The notes: generated from the letters alone by a model not told the origin. Shown: positions 18,247-28,028, counted from the first letter of the stretch. The stretch: DNA of 64,000 nucleotides from a bacterium (GCA_963618735.1 CAVEUM010000006.1:4237-68236); one strand, 5' to 3'. A program made the numbers and translations.

Positions 18247-19512
18247 ATGAATCAGTTTGATTATGCCAAGGAACGTTATGCCGCGATTGGCGTGGACGTG
18301 GAAGCAGCCATGGAGAAGCTCCGCAAGGCACCCGTCAGCCTGCATTGCTGGCAGGGCGATGACGTACGCGGCTTCGACACCGATCCTGAAAAGCCCCTGA
18401 CCGGCGGCATTCAGACCACCGGTAACTATCCCGGACGCGCCCGCACGCCGGAAGAATTGATGGCAGATATCGACATGGTGCTGTCTTTGACGCCTGGCAC
18501 CAAGAAGATGAATCTGCATGCTTCCTATGCCATTTTTGATGAAGAAAATGGCGGCTGGGTGGATCGTGATAAGCTGGAACCCAAGCACTTCAAAAAGTGG
18601 GTGGATTTCTGCAAGGAGCGCGGTCTGGGCTGCGACTTCAACCCCACGTTCTTCTCTCATCCCATGTGTGACCCGCTGACGCTGGCATCTCCTAATGAGG
18701 AAACCCGCCGTTTCTGGATTGAGCATGGCAAGGCCAGCATCCGCATCAGCAGCTATCTGGCGGAAGAACTGGGTCAGCCTTGCATTATGAATATTTGGAC
18801 GGGTGATGGCTTTAAGGACATCCCCGCTGATCGTATGGGTCCCCGCATGCGCTATAAGGAAAGCATGGACGAGATCCTGTCTGAGCCGTTTGACTTCAAC
18901 AAGGTCAAGCCCTGCGTGGAATCCAAGGTCTTTGGCATCGGCCTGGAAGCTTACACCGTCGGCAGCGCGGAGTATGCCCTGAGCTACGCCGCTGCGAACC
19001 CTGGCAAGTGCATCCCGCTGATGGACAATGGTCACTATCATCCCACCGAAGTGGTCAGCGATAAAATCCCTGCACTGCTGACCTTCTTCCCAGAACTGGC
19101 ACTGCACATCACCCGTCCCATCCGTTGGGACAGCGACCATGTGGTGCTGCTGGATGACGAGACGAAGGAAATCGCCAAGGAGATTGTGCGCTGCGGCGGT
19201 CTGGACGGCCGTGTGCATATGGCACTGGACTATTTTGATGCGTCCATCAACCGCGTCAGCGCCTGGGTCACGGGCTTCCGCAATGTGCAGAAGGCCTTGC
19301 TCATGGCTCTGCTGACCCCCAATGATGAGCTGAAGAACATGCAGGATACAGGTCGCTTTACCGAATTGATGGTTCGTCAGGAAGAAATGAAGACCATGCC
19401 TTTCGGCGAGGTTTGGAACGAGTACTGCCACCGTTGCGGCGTGCCTGCTGACGGCGAATGGTTCGAAAAGGTCACCCAGTATGAGAAAGATGTACAGTTG
19501 AAGCGCGTGTAA
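18247..19512 (+). CDS. rhaA: L-rhamnose isomerase
   Basis: The track ORF starts at 18238. ATG 18247 has better spacing from AAAGGA. ...AIGVDVEAAMEKLRKAPVSLHCWQGDDVRGFD is the conserved RhaA N-terminal signature. Confidence 0.93.
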   Translation: MNQFDYAKERYAAIGVDVEAAMEKLRKAPVSLHCWQGDDVRGFDTDPEKPLTGGIQTTGNYPGRARTPEELMADIDMVLSLTPGTKKMNLHASYAIFDEENGGWVDRDKLEPKHFKKWVDFCKERGLGCDFNPTFFSHPMCDPLTLASPNEETRRFWIEHGKASIRISSYLAEELGQPCIMNIWTGDGFKDIPADRMGPRMRYKESMDEILSEPFDFNKVKPCVESKVFGIGLEAYTVGSAEYALSYAAANPGKCIPLMDNGHYHPTEVVSDKIPALLTFFPELALHITRPIRWDSDHVVLLDDETKEIAKEIVRCGGLDGRVHMALDYFDASINRVSAWVTGFRNVQKALLMALLTPNDELKNMQDTGRFTELMVRQEEMKTMPFGEVWNEYCHRCGVPADGEWFEKVTQYEKDVQLKRV

Positions 19513-19559
19513 CTTTGACTTTACAGGACGCAATTGTGCAATTTTGAGGAGGAAACATT

Positions 19560-20384
19560 ATGGCTATGACTGATCTGCCCATTATGAAGCGCTACATCCG
19601 TATGTGCCGTGACGGCTGGGATCAAGGCTGGCACGAGCGCAACGGCGGCAACCTGACGTATCGCCTTACCAAGAGTGAAGTGGATTCCATGCGCGGCTTC
19701 TTCAATGAGAAGCCTGGCGAGTGGGTGTCCATGGGTGTGACGGGTGCAAACCTGGCAGGCGAGTACTTCATCTCCACGGGCAGCGGCAAGTATTTCCGCA
19801 ATGTGGATATTGACCCTGAGGATAGCCTCTGTGTGGTGGAAATCAACGAGCGCGGCGATAGCTGGCGCATTGTGTGGGGTCTGGTCAATGGCGGACGTCC
19901 CACCAGCGAATTCCCGACGCACTTCATGAATCATTCTGTGCGCTGTGCCGCTACCAATGGCGCGTGCCGTGTGATTTACCATGCACACACCCCGAATGTG
20001 ATCGCTCTGACGTATGTGCTTCCGCTGACAGACCGCGATTTCAGCCGCGTGCTGTGGAAGAGCGCTACGGAGTGCCCTGTCGTGTTCCCCGGCGGCGTTG
20101 GCGTTGTGCCGTGGATGGTTCCCGGCGGCGCAGAAATCGCCATGGCTACCTGCGAAAAAATGAAGGAATATGATGCCGCTGTGTGGGCACATCACGGCCT
20201 GTTCGTGTCCGGCCCTGATTTCGACACCACTTTCGGCCTGATGCACACCATTGAAAAAGCTGCACAGATCTACGTCCTTGCCATGAGCTGCGGTCAGGGC
20301 ATTCGTCAGACCATTGAGGATGACGGCCTGCGCGCGATTGCACATGACTTTGGCGTGAAGATCAAGGAAGAATTCCTCGACTAA
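19560..20384 (+). CDS. rhaD: rhamnulose-1-phosphate aldolase
   Basis: 274-aa class II aldolase. MKRYIRMCRDGWDQGWHERNGGNLTYRL resembles RhaD, and the gene completes the rhaBAD order. Confidence 0.9.
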   Translation: MAMTDLPIMKRYIRMCRDGWDQGWHERNGGNLTYRLTKSEVDSMRGFFNEKPGEWVSMGVTGANLAGEYFISTGSGKYFRNVDIDPEDSLCVVEINERGDSWRIVWGLVNGGRPTSEFPTHFMNHSVRCAATNGACRVIYHAHTPNVIALTYVLPLTDRDFSRVLWKSATECPVVFPGGVGVVPWMVPGGAEIAMATCEKMKEYDAAVWAHHGLFVSGPDFDTTFGLMHTIEKAAQIYVLAMSCGQGIRQTIEDDGLRAIAHDFGVKIKEEFLD

Positions 20385-20402
20385 GTTCGGATGGCGAATC
20401 AT

Positions 20403-20445
20403 GCGGGAGCGAGGCTTTTCACGGAAAGCTGCTCCCGCTTTTTTG
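20403..20445 (+). terminator. intrinsic terminator after rhaD
   Basis: GCGGGAGC (20403-20410) / GCTCCCGC (20431-20438) followed by TTTTTT. Confidence 0.8.
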
Positions 20446-20573
20446 ATTGGAAGAGCACGCGAGAGCTTTTTCAACTGGTTTTATGGGGTTGACAGTTTCT
20501 CAACATTGTGACAAGATAAGAATCGGATGTTTTAATATGATGGTTTGAATCGAAAGCGTGGAGGCACGGAAGA

Positions 20574-21452
20574 ATGAATTGGATGGAAAAGCTCAACCTG
20601 AAAGGCCGCCGGAAGGAAATGATCTTTGCCTATGGACAAATTCTTTTGGGATGCCTGATCGGCGGTGCCGCCTATCCGCTGTTTCTTACGCCGAATAACA
20701 TTGCGCCTGGCGGCCTGACAGGTGTTGCAACCATTTTGAATTATCTGTTCAAGTGGCCTGTGGGTATGGTGAGCCTTGCCATGAATATACCGCTGTTTCT
20801 GGTAGGTTTCGGCACCATGGGACACGTCTTCTTCCTTCGCTCGCTGGCAGCGACGGCATTGTTCTCCTTTGCCATCGACCTGCTGCAGTTTCAGCCTCTC
20901 ACGACAGATCCTTTGCTGGGATGCCTCTTCGGCGGCGTTATGCTGGGTACCGGTCTGGGCTTTATTATGCGCGGCGGTGCTACAACAGGCGGCACGGATA
21001 TGATTGCCAGCATTGTTCATCGCCATGCCTCTTTCCTAAGCGTTGGAATGCTCGTATTCCTGATGGACTTCCTTGTGGTTGTGGCGGCATGCATCGTCAT
21101 TGGCACGGGGGAGGGCTTGTATGCACTCATCAGCATCTATGTGTCCGGCAAAGTCATTGACGTGGTGCTGGCGGGACTTACGTCCAATAAGGCGTGCTTT
21201 ATCATGACGGAAAAGTGGGAAGCTGTGACGGAACGCGTGCTTCATGATATGGATCGCGGCGTGACGCAGCTCCGTGCCCGCGGCGGATATTCCAAGCAGG
21301 AACGTCCTGTAGTGCTGTGTGTGCTGAGCCGACAGGAAATTCAACGGTTGAAGGAAATTGTTCGATCTGAGGATGAAAATGCCTTCATGTTTATCACCGA
21401 AGCACACGAAGCCCTGGGTGAAGGATTCTCAAAACTGACGGAAGAAAAATGA
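20574..21452 (+). CDS. YitT family membrane protein (DUF2179 C-terminal domain)
   Basis: 292 aa. Multi-TM N-terminal half with GGxxG motifs (GGATTGGTDM) and a soluble C-terminal DUF2179-like end. Confidence 0.8.
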   Translation: MNWMEKLNLKGRRKEMIFAYGQILLGCLIGGAAYPLFLTPNNIAPGGLTGVATILNYLFKWPVGMVSLAMNIPLFLVGFGTMGHVFFLRSLAATALFSFAIDLLQFQPLTTDPLLGCLFGGVMLGTGLGFIMRGGATTGGTDMIASIVHRHASFLSVGMLVFLMDFLVVVAACIVIGTGEGLYALISIYVSGKVIDVVLAGLTSNKACFIMTEKWEAVTERVLHDMDRGVTQLRARGGYSKQERPVVLCVLSRQEIQRLKEIVRSEDENAFMFITEAHEALGEGFSKLTEEK

Positions 21453-21530
21453 TCATTTGCGAATATTGAACGGGCACAAAGTATTAATCCTCTTAAAAAG
21501 TCGAAAGAAGACACAAAATGAAATACGAAT

Positions 21531-21574
21531 GTTCGCTTTTCTCCAAAGATCTGGGAGGAAAGCGAATATTTTTT
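21531..21574 (+). terminator. intrinsic terminator after the yitT-like gene
   Basis: TTCGCTTTTCTCC / GGGAGGAAAGCGAA hairpin followed by TATTTTTT. Confidence 0.7.
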
Positions 21575-21585
21575 CCCGAAAACCC

Positions 21586-21614
21586 TTTTCAAATTGCTCA
21601 AAGACTGTTATAAT
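21586..21614 (+). promoter_or_regulatory. candidate promoter (extended -10) of the BMP ABC transporter operon
   Basis: TTTCAA (21586-21591), 17-nt spacer, TGtTATAAT (TATAAT at 21609-21614). Confidence 0.55.
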
Positions 21615-21661
21615 GATCGAAGAGCAATAATGCTCACATTTAGAGAGGAGACCAGAAGAAC

Positions 21662-22771
21662 ATGAAGAAGCTCATCTCGTTGCTGCTTGTCATCTCTTTG
21701 GCTCTGTGCGCAGTATCTTTCGCTACTGCTGAGGAGACCACCTACCGCGTCGCTATGATCACCGACTATGGTGACATTACCGACCAGTCCTTCAACCAGA
21801 CCACCTACGAAGCCTGCAAGGCTTTCGCTGAGGCCAATGGCGTTGAGTTCAAGTATTACAAGCCCGCCGGCGACTCTACCGCTGAGCGCGTTGCTTCCGT
21901 TGAAGCTGCTGTGGATGATGGCTACAATGTCATCGTGATGCCCGGCTATGCTTTCGGTGGCACGGTTGCCGAAGTGCAGGATCAGTTCCCTGAAGTGAAG
22001 TTCATCGCTCTGGACGTGAGCGAGGGCGACCTGGGCGAGGGCGTGACCCTGAACAGCAACGTGTACTGCGCTGTGTATCAGGAAGAACTGCCCGGCTACA
22101 TGGCTGGCTATGCCGCTGTGAAGATGGGCTATCGTCACCTGGGCTTCCTGGGCGGCATGGCTGTTCCCGCTGTTATCCGTTATGGCTATGGCTTCCTGCA
22201 GGGCGCTGACGCTGCCGCTGCTGAGCTGGGCCTGACCGATGTGGTCGTTGAGTATGGCTATGGCAACCAGTTCTATGGCGATGCTGACGTGACCGCTGTG
22301 ATGGATACCTGGTATCAGACCCTGGGTGTTGAAGTTGTCTTCGCTTGCGGCGGCGGCATCTACACCTCTGCTGCTGAAGCTGCTGCTAAGGTTGAAGGCG
22401 CTAAGGTCATCGGCGTTGACGTTGACCAGGCTGCTCAGATCGACGGCACCTACGGCGCAGGCATGACTGTTACCAGCGCTATGAAGGGCCTGTCCGCTAC
22501 CGTGAACAAGCTGCTGACCGAAACTCTGGCTGGCAACTTCGACAACTACGGCGGCAAGGTTGAGACCCTGGGTCTGGTGTCTGCTGATGACGCAAGCCTG
22601 AACTATGTTGGCCTGCCCACCGAGACCACCGTTTGGACCGATGGCTTCACCCTGGACGACTACAACAGCATGGTGGCTGCTATGGTGAACGGCACCCTGA
22701 CCGTGTCCAACGACACCACTGCTATGCCCGCTGTGTCCGTGACCGTGAACGATCTCGGCAACATCAAGTAA
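21662..22771 (+). CDS. BMP family (PnrA/Med-like) ABC transporter substrate-binding lipoprotein
   Basis: Signal peptide/lipobox-like MKKLISLLLVISLALCAVSFA. YRVAMITDYGDITDQSFNQ is typical of BMP-family binding proteins. Confidence 0.88.
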   Translation: MKKLISLLLVISLALCAVSFATAEETTYRVAMITDYGDITDQSFNQTTYEACKAFAEANGVEFKYYKPAGDSTAERVASVEAAVDDGYNVIVMPGYAFGGTVAEVQDQFPEVKFIALDVSEGDLGEGVTLNSNVYCAVYQEELPGYMAGYAAVKMGYRHLGFLGGMAVPAVIRYGYGFLQGADAAAAELGLTDVVVEYGYGNQFYGDADVTAVMDTWYQTLGVEVVFACGGGIYTSAAEAAAKVEGAKVIGVDVDQAAQIDGTYGAGMTVTSAMKGLSATVNKLLTETLAGNFDNYGGKVETLGLVSADDASLNYVGLPTETTVWTDGFTLDDYNSMVAAMVNGTLTVSNDTTAMPAVSVTVNDLGNIK

Positions 22772-22797
22772 TTTCTGAATGGATTCTCCGGGAGGAA

Positions 22798-22832
22798 GGT
22801 TCGCCTTCCTTCCGGGGCTTTTGACAAGAGCC
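22798..22832 (+). terminator. strong stem-loop (12-bp stem, UUCG tetraloop) after the binding-protein gene; partial terminator or mRNA stabiliser
   Basis: CCGGGAGGAAGG (22798-22809) TTCG CCTTCCTTCCGG (22814-22825) then GGCTTTTG. A second weaker hairpin AGCCCC...GGGGCT-TTT lies at 22839-22873. Confidence 0.6.
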
Positions 22833-22957
22833 CCTGTTTCCCCAAATGGAAGCGGGGGCTTTTGTCAGAAAAAAGATCCAGCTCCACTGTGGGTGCATGC
22901 GAAATCGATGCAACTCAGCAACCGCGGCAGCGGATAACCAGTTGGGAGGTATGCTTC

Positions 22958-24499
22958 TTGGAAAACCAGTACGCCATTGAAATGCTCAACATTACCAAGA
23001 GATTCCCGGGCATTGTGGCCAACGACAACATCACGCTCCAGCTTCGCAAGGGTGAAATTCACGCCCTGCTTGGCGAAAATGGTGCAGGCAAGTCCACCCT
23101 GATGAGTGTGCTCTTCGGCCTGTATCAGGCAGAGGAAGGCGTGATCAAGAAAGACGGAAAGGAAGTAACCATCAAGGATCCCAACGATGCAAACGCGTTG
23201 GGAATCGGTATGGTTCATCAGCACTTCAAGCTGGTGGAATGCTTCTCCGTGCTGGACAACATCATCATGGGCGTTGAACCGACGACCAAGCTGGGTTTCC
23301 TGAAGAAAAAGGAAGCGCGGGAGCGCGTGATGGAGCTGTCTGAGAAGTATGGCCTGCAGATTGACCCGGATGCCATCGTGGAAGACATCACGGTGGGCAT
23401 GCAGCAGCGTACAGAAATTCTCAAGATGCTCTATCGCAATAATGAGATCTTGATTTTTGACGAGCCTACGGCTGTGCTGACGCCTCAGGAAATTGATGAC
23501 CTGATGCAGATCATGCGGAACCTGGCTGCTGAGGGCAAGTCCATTCTGTTTATTTCCCATAAGCTGAAGGAAATCATGGCTGTGAGCGACCGTTGCTCGG
23601 TGCTGCGAAAGGGCAAGTACATTGGCACGGTGAATACCAAAGAAACAACGGAAGAGCAGCTTTCCGCCATGATGGTTGGCCGCAACGTGGAGTTCCATGT
23701 TCACAAGGAAGAACGCGAGCCGGGGGATGTGATCCTCGAAGTTGAGCACATGACCGTTGCCTCCAAGGTGCACAAGAACGACGCGGTTCATGATGTTTCC
23801 TTCAAGGTGCGCGGCGGCGAGATTGTCTGCATCGCTGGCATCGATGGCAATGGACAGACGGAGTTTGTTTATGGTCTTACAGGCCTTGAACCTCTCGTAT
23901 CCGGCAAAATCAACTTCATGGGTACGGATATCACCGACATGCCGATCCGCAAGCGGAGCACCATGGGCATGAGTCATATCCCTGAGGATCGCCACAAGCA
24001 CGGCCTGGTGCTGGACTATTCTCTGGAGGACAATATCGTTCTGCAGCGTTACTGGGATGAGGAGTTTACCCACAACGGTTTCCTTCGCCGCAAGAATATC
24101 CGCAGCTATGCGGAACGGTTGATTGATCAGTACGACATTCGTTCCGGTCAGGGTGCGATTACCAGCACGCGCAGCATGTCTGGCGGCAACCAGCAGAAAG
24201 CGATTGTTGCCCGAGAGATTGATAAAGATCCCAAGCTGCTGATCGCCGTTCAGCCCACCCGTGGCCTGGATGTTGGCGCTATCGAATATATCCATAAGCA
24301 GATTGTGGCTCAGCGCGATGCAGGCAAAGCCGTGCTTCTGGTGTCACTGGAAATGGATGAGGTGCTGGACGTTTCTGACCGCATTCTGGTGATGTATGAA
24401 GGCGAAATCGTCGGTGAGCTGGATCCCAAGAAGACCACCGCTGAAGAGCTTGGCCTGTACATGGCAGGCGCCAAGCGGGACAGCAGGAAGGAGTTCTGA
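22958..24499 (+). CDS. ABC transporter ATP-binding protein with duplicated NBDs (sugar/nucleoside type)
   Basis: Track ORF 22862-24499. TTG 22958 lies 8 nt after GGGAGG at 22944-22949. ENQYAIEMLNITKRFPGIVANDNITLQLRKGEIHALLGENGAGKSTLM. Two Walker A / signature sets are present. Confidence 0.9.
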   Translation: MENQYAIEMLNITKRFPGIVANDNITLQLRKGEIHALLGENGAGKSTLMSVLFGLYQAEEGVIKKDGKEVTIKDPNDANALGIGMVHQHFKLVECFSVLDNIIMGVEPTTKLGFLKKKEARERVMELSEKYGLQIDPDAIVEDITVGMQQRTEILKMLYRNNEILIFDEPTAVLTPQEIDDLMQIMRNLAAEGKSILFISHKLKEIMAVSDRCSVLRKGKYIGTVNTKETTEEQLSAMMVGRNVEFHVHKEEREPGDVILEVEHMTVASKVHKNDAVHDVSFKVRGGEIVCIAGIDGNGQTEFVYGLTGLEPLVSGKINFMGTDITDMPIRKRSTMGMSHIPEDRHKHGLVLDYSLEDNIVLQRYWDEEFTHNGFLRRKNIRSYAERLIDQYDIRSGQGAITSTRSMSGGNQQKAIVAREIDKDPKLLIAVQPTRGLDVGAIEYIHKQIVAQRDAGKAVLLVSLEMDEVLDVSDRILVMYEGEIVGELDPKKTTAEELGLYMAGAKRDSRKEF

Positions 24500-24505
24500 T
24501 TGCAT

Positions 24506-25672
24506 ATGGAAGCAAAGACGCAGAAAAAATCCCGTACGCCATTTTCGCAGATACCGATGGTGCAGACACTGGGCGCTTCCTTGCTGTGTGTGTTGTTCGG
24601 CTTGCTGGCAGGTTTCATCGTTCTGGTGATTATCCAGCCTGGCACGAATCCTGAAACAGGCCGTATGTACGCAGTGGACGCCATCCTGGCGGTCATTAAG
24701 AATTTCTTCAAGTTCAATAATACTTCGACGCAGATCAAGAACTTTGGCAACACCCTGGTGAAGACGGCTCCTCTGCTGATGTGCAGCCTGTCCATCCTGT
24801 TTGCTTATAAGGTGGGTCTGTTCAATATCGGTGCCGCTGGCCAGTATGTGGTGGGTATCGGCGCAAGCCTGTACATGGCTCTTGCATGGCAGTTGCCTTG
24901 GTACGTCTGCCTGCTGGGCGCAGCTGTTGCTGGCGGCGTTTGGGGCATGATTTCCGGCATGCTGAAGGCCTACTGCCACGTAAATGAGGTCATCTCCTGC
25001 ATCATGCTGAACTGGATTGGTCTTTACTCCGTCAACACATTGCTGACCAATGTGAAAGAGTCCTCCAGCCCCTATACGCTGAAGCTGAAGGCGAACGCAC
25101 CGAATGCCTTGCTGCCTACATTGGGACTTGATGAGGTTTTCGGCAACAAGTATACGACGATTGCCATTCCGCTGGCTGTTGTGATTGCCATTCTGGTTTG
25201 GGTCGTTTTGAACAAAACCAAGCTGGGCTACGAACTGAAGGCGACTGGCCTGAACCGCAATGCCGCAAAGTATTGCGGTATGCGGGAAAAGTACAACACC
25301 ATCCTGACCATGACCATTGCTGGCGCGCTGGCAGGCCTGGGCGCTGGCATGCTGTATCTTTCCGGCTTTGAAGAGTGGAGCTGCACGCAGACATCTGTGC
25401 CTGCCATGGGTTTCAACGGCATCGCCGCTGCCTTCCTTGGCGGCCTGCATCCCATCGGCTCGATCTTCGCATCGTTCTTCATTCAGCATATCACCATCGG
25501 CGGCAGCTATGTGGATAAGACGGTGTATTGTTCCCAGATCTCTGACTTCATCTCTGCTGTGATTATCTACAGCTGCGGCTTTGTGCTGTTCATCAAGCAG
25601 TACGCACAGCGTATCCATGCACGCCGCGTGGAGAGAAGTTCTCAGCTCACGAAGGGAGGCGAGGCTGAATGA
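24506..25672 (+). CDS. ABC transporter permease (BMP-type system)
   Basis: Polytopic membrane protein immediately after the ATPase. ATG 24506 (alternative TTG 24500). Confidence 0.88.
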   Translation: MEAKTQKKSRTPFSQIPMVQTLGASLLCVLFGLLAGFIVLVIIQPGTNPETGRMYAVDAILAVIKNFFKFNNTSTQIKNFGNTLVKTAPLLMCSLSILFAYKVGLFNIGAAGQYVVGIGASLYMALAWQLPWYVCLLGAAVAGGVWGMISGMLKAYCHVNEVISCIMLNWIGLYSVNTLLTNVKESSSPYTLKLKANAPNALLPTLGLDEVFGNKYTTIAIPLAVVIAILVWVVLNKTKLGYELKATGLNRNAAKYCGMREKYNTILTMTIAGALAGLGAGMLYLSGFEEWSCTQTSVPAMGFNGIAAAFLGGLHPIGSIFASFFIQHITIGGSYVDKTVYCSQISDFISAVIIYSCGFVLFIKQYAQRIHARRVERSSQLTKGGEAE

Positions 25673-26610
25673 TCCTGCTGCTTCAATACATGCTGATCTT
25701 TGCTTCCGTGCTGCTTCTGGTGGCACTTGGCGGATGCTTCTCGGAACATTCCGGCGTGATCAACATCGGCCTGGAAGGCATCATGGTATTTGGTGCACTG
25801 GGTGGCGCACTGGTCATGCGGTATCTGCCTGATGGCACAGCCGCAGTGTGGGTTGTGCTGCTGACGGTGCTGGCTGCTGCGGCGATGGGCATGCTGTTCT
25901 CGCTGTTGCTGGGTGTAGCGGCAATTAACTTCAAGGCAGACCAGACTTTGGTCGGTACTGCTATGAACTTGCTTGGTACGGCAGCCGCTACCGTGATGGT
26001 GAAGGCTATCAACACCGCTGCAAACCCCGATGACGTGTCTTCGACCATCCAGTACGTGCAGGCCAAGAAGGCTTTCCTGGTGGACTTGAATGGCTTTGAA
26101 TTCAACTGGTGCATGCTGCTGGCCTTTGTACTGCTGCTGATCTCCTATGTGCTGCTTTACAAGACGCGCTTTGGTCTGCGTCTGCAGGCTTGCGGTGAGC
26201 ATCCGCAGGCTGCGGCTTCTGTAGGCATCAACGTTTTCAAAATGCGTTATGCAGGCGTGTTGATTTCCGGTTTCCTGGGCGGCATCGGCGGCCTGGTGTA
26301 CATCACGGCAGGCGTCAGCGAATGGAAGTTTGAAAACGGCGTTGCCGGCTTTGGCTTCCTGGCTATGGCCGTTATGATCTTTGGTCAGTGGAAGCCCATG
26401 AAGATTGCACTGGCGGCCTTGCTGTTCGGCCTGTTCCGCAGCCTGGGCAATGTGTACACTGGCTTTGATCTGCTGCAGTCGCTGAATCTGCCCAGCACGT
26501 TCTACAACATGTTGCCTTACATTGTTTCTCTGGTGGTGCTGGCACTGACCAGTAAGAAGGTGCACGCGCCGAAGGCAGAGGGTATCCCGTACGATAAGGG
26601 AAGCAGATGA
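25669..26610 (+). CDS. ABC transporter permease (BMP-type system)
   Basis: 313-aa polytopic protein. Its start overlaps the upstream stop (ATGA). Confidence 0.88.
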   Translation: MILLLQYMLIFASVLLLVALGGCFSEHSGVINIGLEGIMVFGALGGALVMRYLPDGTAAVWVVLLTVLAAAAMGMLFSLLLGVAAINFKADQTLVGTAMNLLGTAAATVMVKAINTAANPDDVSSTIQYVQAKKAFLVDLNGFEFNWCMLLAFVLLLISYVLLYKTRFGLRLQACGEHPQAAASVGINVFKMRYAGVLISGFLGGIGGLVYITAGVSEWKFENGVAGFGFLAMAVMIFGQWKPMKIALAALLFGLFRSLGNVYTGFDLLQSLNLPSTFYNMLPYIVSLVVLALTSKKVHAPKAEGIPYDKGSR

Positions 26611-26654
26611 TGGCGTGAAGGATGCCTCCATGGCTGTGTTTACTGCTATGATCA

Positions 26655-26689
26655 AAGTGAGCGATTCTGTGTGGATCGCTCACTTTTTT
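26655..26689 (+). terminator. intrinsic terminator after the ABC operon
   Basis: AGTGAGCGAT / GATCGCTCACT hairpin followed by TTTTTT at 26683-26688. Confidence 0.8.
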
Positions 26690-26770
26690 ACATCGAAGGG
26701 AAAACGACCTGGAAAAGCGGAAAACGTGGGATTTTTTCCCGCAAATCTATCACTTCCTGAAAGAAGGAAC

Positions 26771-26799
26771 TTGCAATTTCATGGCGAATCAAATACAAT
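26771..26799 (+). promoter_or_regulatory. sigma-70-type promoter
   Basis: TTGCAA (26771-26776), 17-nt spacer, TACAAT (26794-26799). Confidence 0.6.
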
Positions 26800-26897
26800 A
26801 GAAGATGGTTGATCCTGTTCACTTGACTGCAAGGAAATGGTGAACTCGATCGTTGTATCTTTTGATGATTACCTTGCAAAAGGCAGGTGTGTATTTC

Positions 26898-28028
26898 ATG
26901 CGGAAACAGAAGCGCGACCCCATGAAGGTCGTACTGCGGTGGACGGTGATTATGGTTGTGCTGGCAGTGGTGGCATCACTGGTTGGCACGGGAATCACAA
27001 CCTATCGTAAGAACTTGCTCGCAAGCATGCAGAACGAGGCGGAAAAGGTAAACGAGGAGCGGGATCAGCAGTACGCTGTGGATCTGGCCGAGTTTGAACA
27101 GGCCTCTGCCAGCGGTGCAAACCTTGCATGGCCTACGCAGAAGTCTGAAGGCTGGGATGTTGTCGATTTGACGAGCTACCCGCTGGAAAATCCGGGCTCT
27201 ATGACGATGACCCGTCAGGAGGCTATGTACACTGGCATGCTGCTGGTGAACCAGTGGCATTCCCGTCCGGATGATTTCGATGATTCTGGCGTGGTGAGCG
27301 TTGGCACGTATACTGGCGGCAAGATTGGCGTGTCCGATTATAATGTGAAGCTTTTCCCTGTAGCCATTACTGCCCTTCAGGAGGCCGTAGCGGCTGCCAA
27401 TGAGGCAGGCTACACCAACTACATGGTGTCTGAAGGCTATCGCAGCTGGGATGATCAGAACGCGCTGTTCCAGAAGGCACTGACCCGCCTGTCCAGCAAC
27501 TATTCCGGCGATGCGCTGATTGAACGTGCCAAGCAGGATGTGAATTATCCCGGCACCAGCGAGTTCAATAGCGGCTTGGCCTTCACGCTGCGCCTGTACA
27601 GCCGAACGGATGCGTCTGTTGGCAAGCCTGCGTACTCCACCACGGAAGCAGGCCAGTGGATGAGTGAAAACTGCTGGAAATACGGTTTGGTGTTCCGCTT
27701 CCAGCTGGCTGATTTCCCGCTTAAGGGTGCAGCAGATAAGAGCTACAAGACGGGCATTAGCTCGCAGTTGAACCTGTATCGCTACGTCGGTAAGGGAAAT
27801 GCAGCTGTGATGCATGTGCTGGACTACTGCATGGAGGAGTACGTTGAGTACCTGCAGGAGCATCCCCACATTGCTGTGTTCGAGGATGGCACCCTTCGCT
27901 ATGAAATCTATCGCCAGTATGTTGGTGACGATGCGGAGAGCTTTACCGTGCCCACCATGAGCCGTGCTTCCAGCTACACAGTGTCGCTGGATAACATGGG
28001 CGGCGTGATTATCGTATACGAATATTAA
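26898..28028 (+). CDS. membrane-anchored VanY/M15B (D-alanyl-D-alanine carboxypeptidase) family protein with substituted metal-ligand positions
   Basis: ATG 26898 within track ORF 26853-28028. N-terminal TM segment VIMVVLAVVASLVG. SEGYRSWDDQNALF, PGTSEFNSGLAFT and LYRYVG align by eye to the VanY motifs. See finding. Confidence 0.75.
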   Translation: MRKQKRDPMKVVLRWTVIMVVLAVVASLVGTGITTYRKNLLASMQNEAEKVNEERDQQYAVDLAEFEQASASGANLAWPTQKSEGWDVVDLTSYPLENPGSMTMTRQEAMYTGMLLVNQWHSRPDDFDDSGVVSVGTYTGGKIGVSDYNVKLFPVAITALQEAVAAANEAGYTNYMVSEGYRSWDDQNALFQKALTRLSSNYSGDALIERAKQDVNYPGTSEFNSGLAFTLRLYSRTDASVGKPAYSTTEAGQWMSENCWKYGLVFRFQLADFPLKGAADKSYKTGISSQLNLYRYVGKGNAAVMHVLDYCMEEYVEYLQEHPHIAVFEDGTLRYEIYRQYVGDDAESFTVPTMSRASSYTVSLDNMGGVIIVYEY

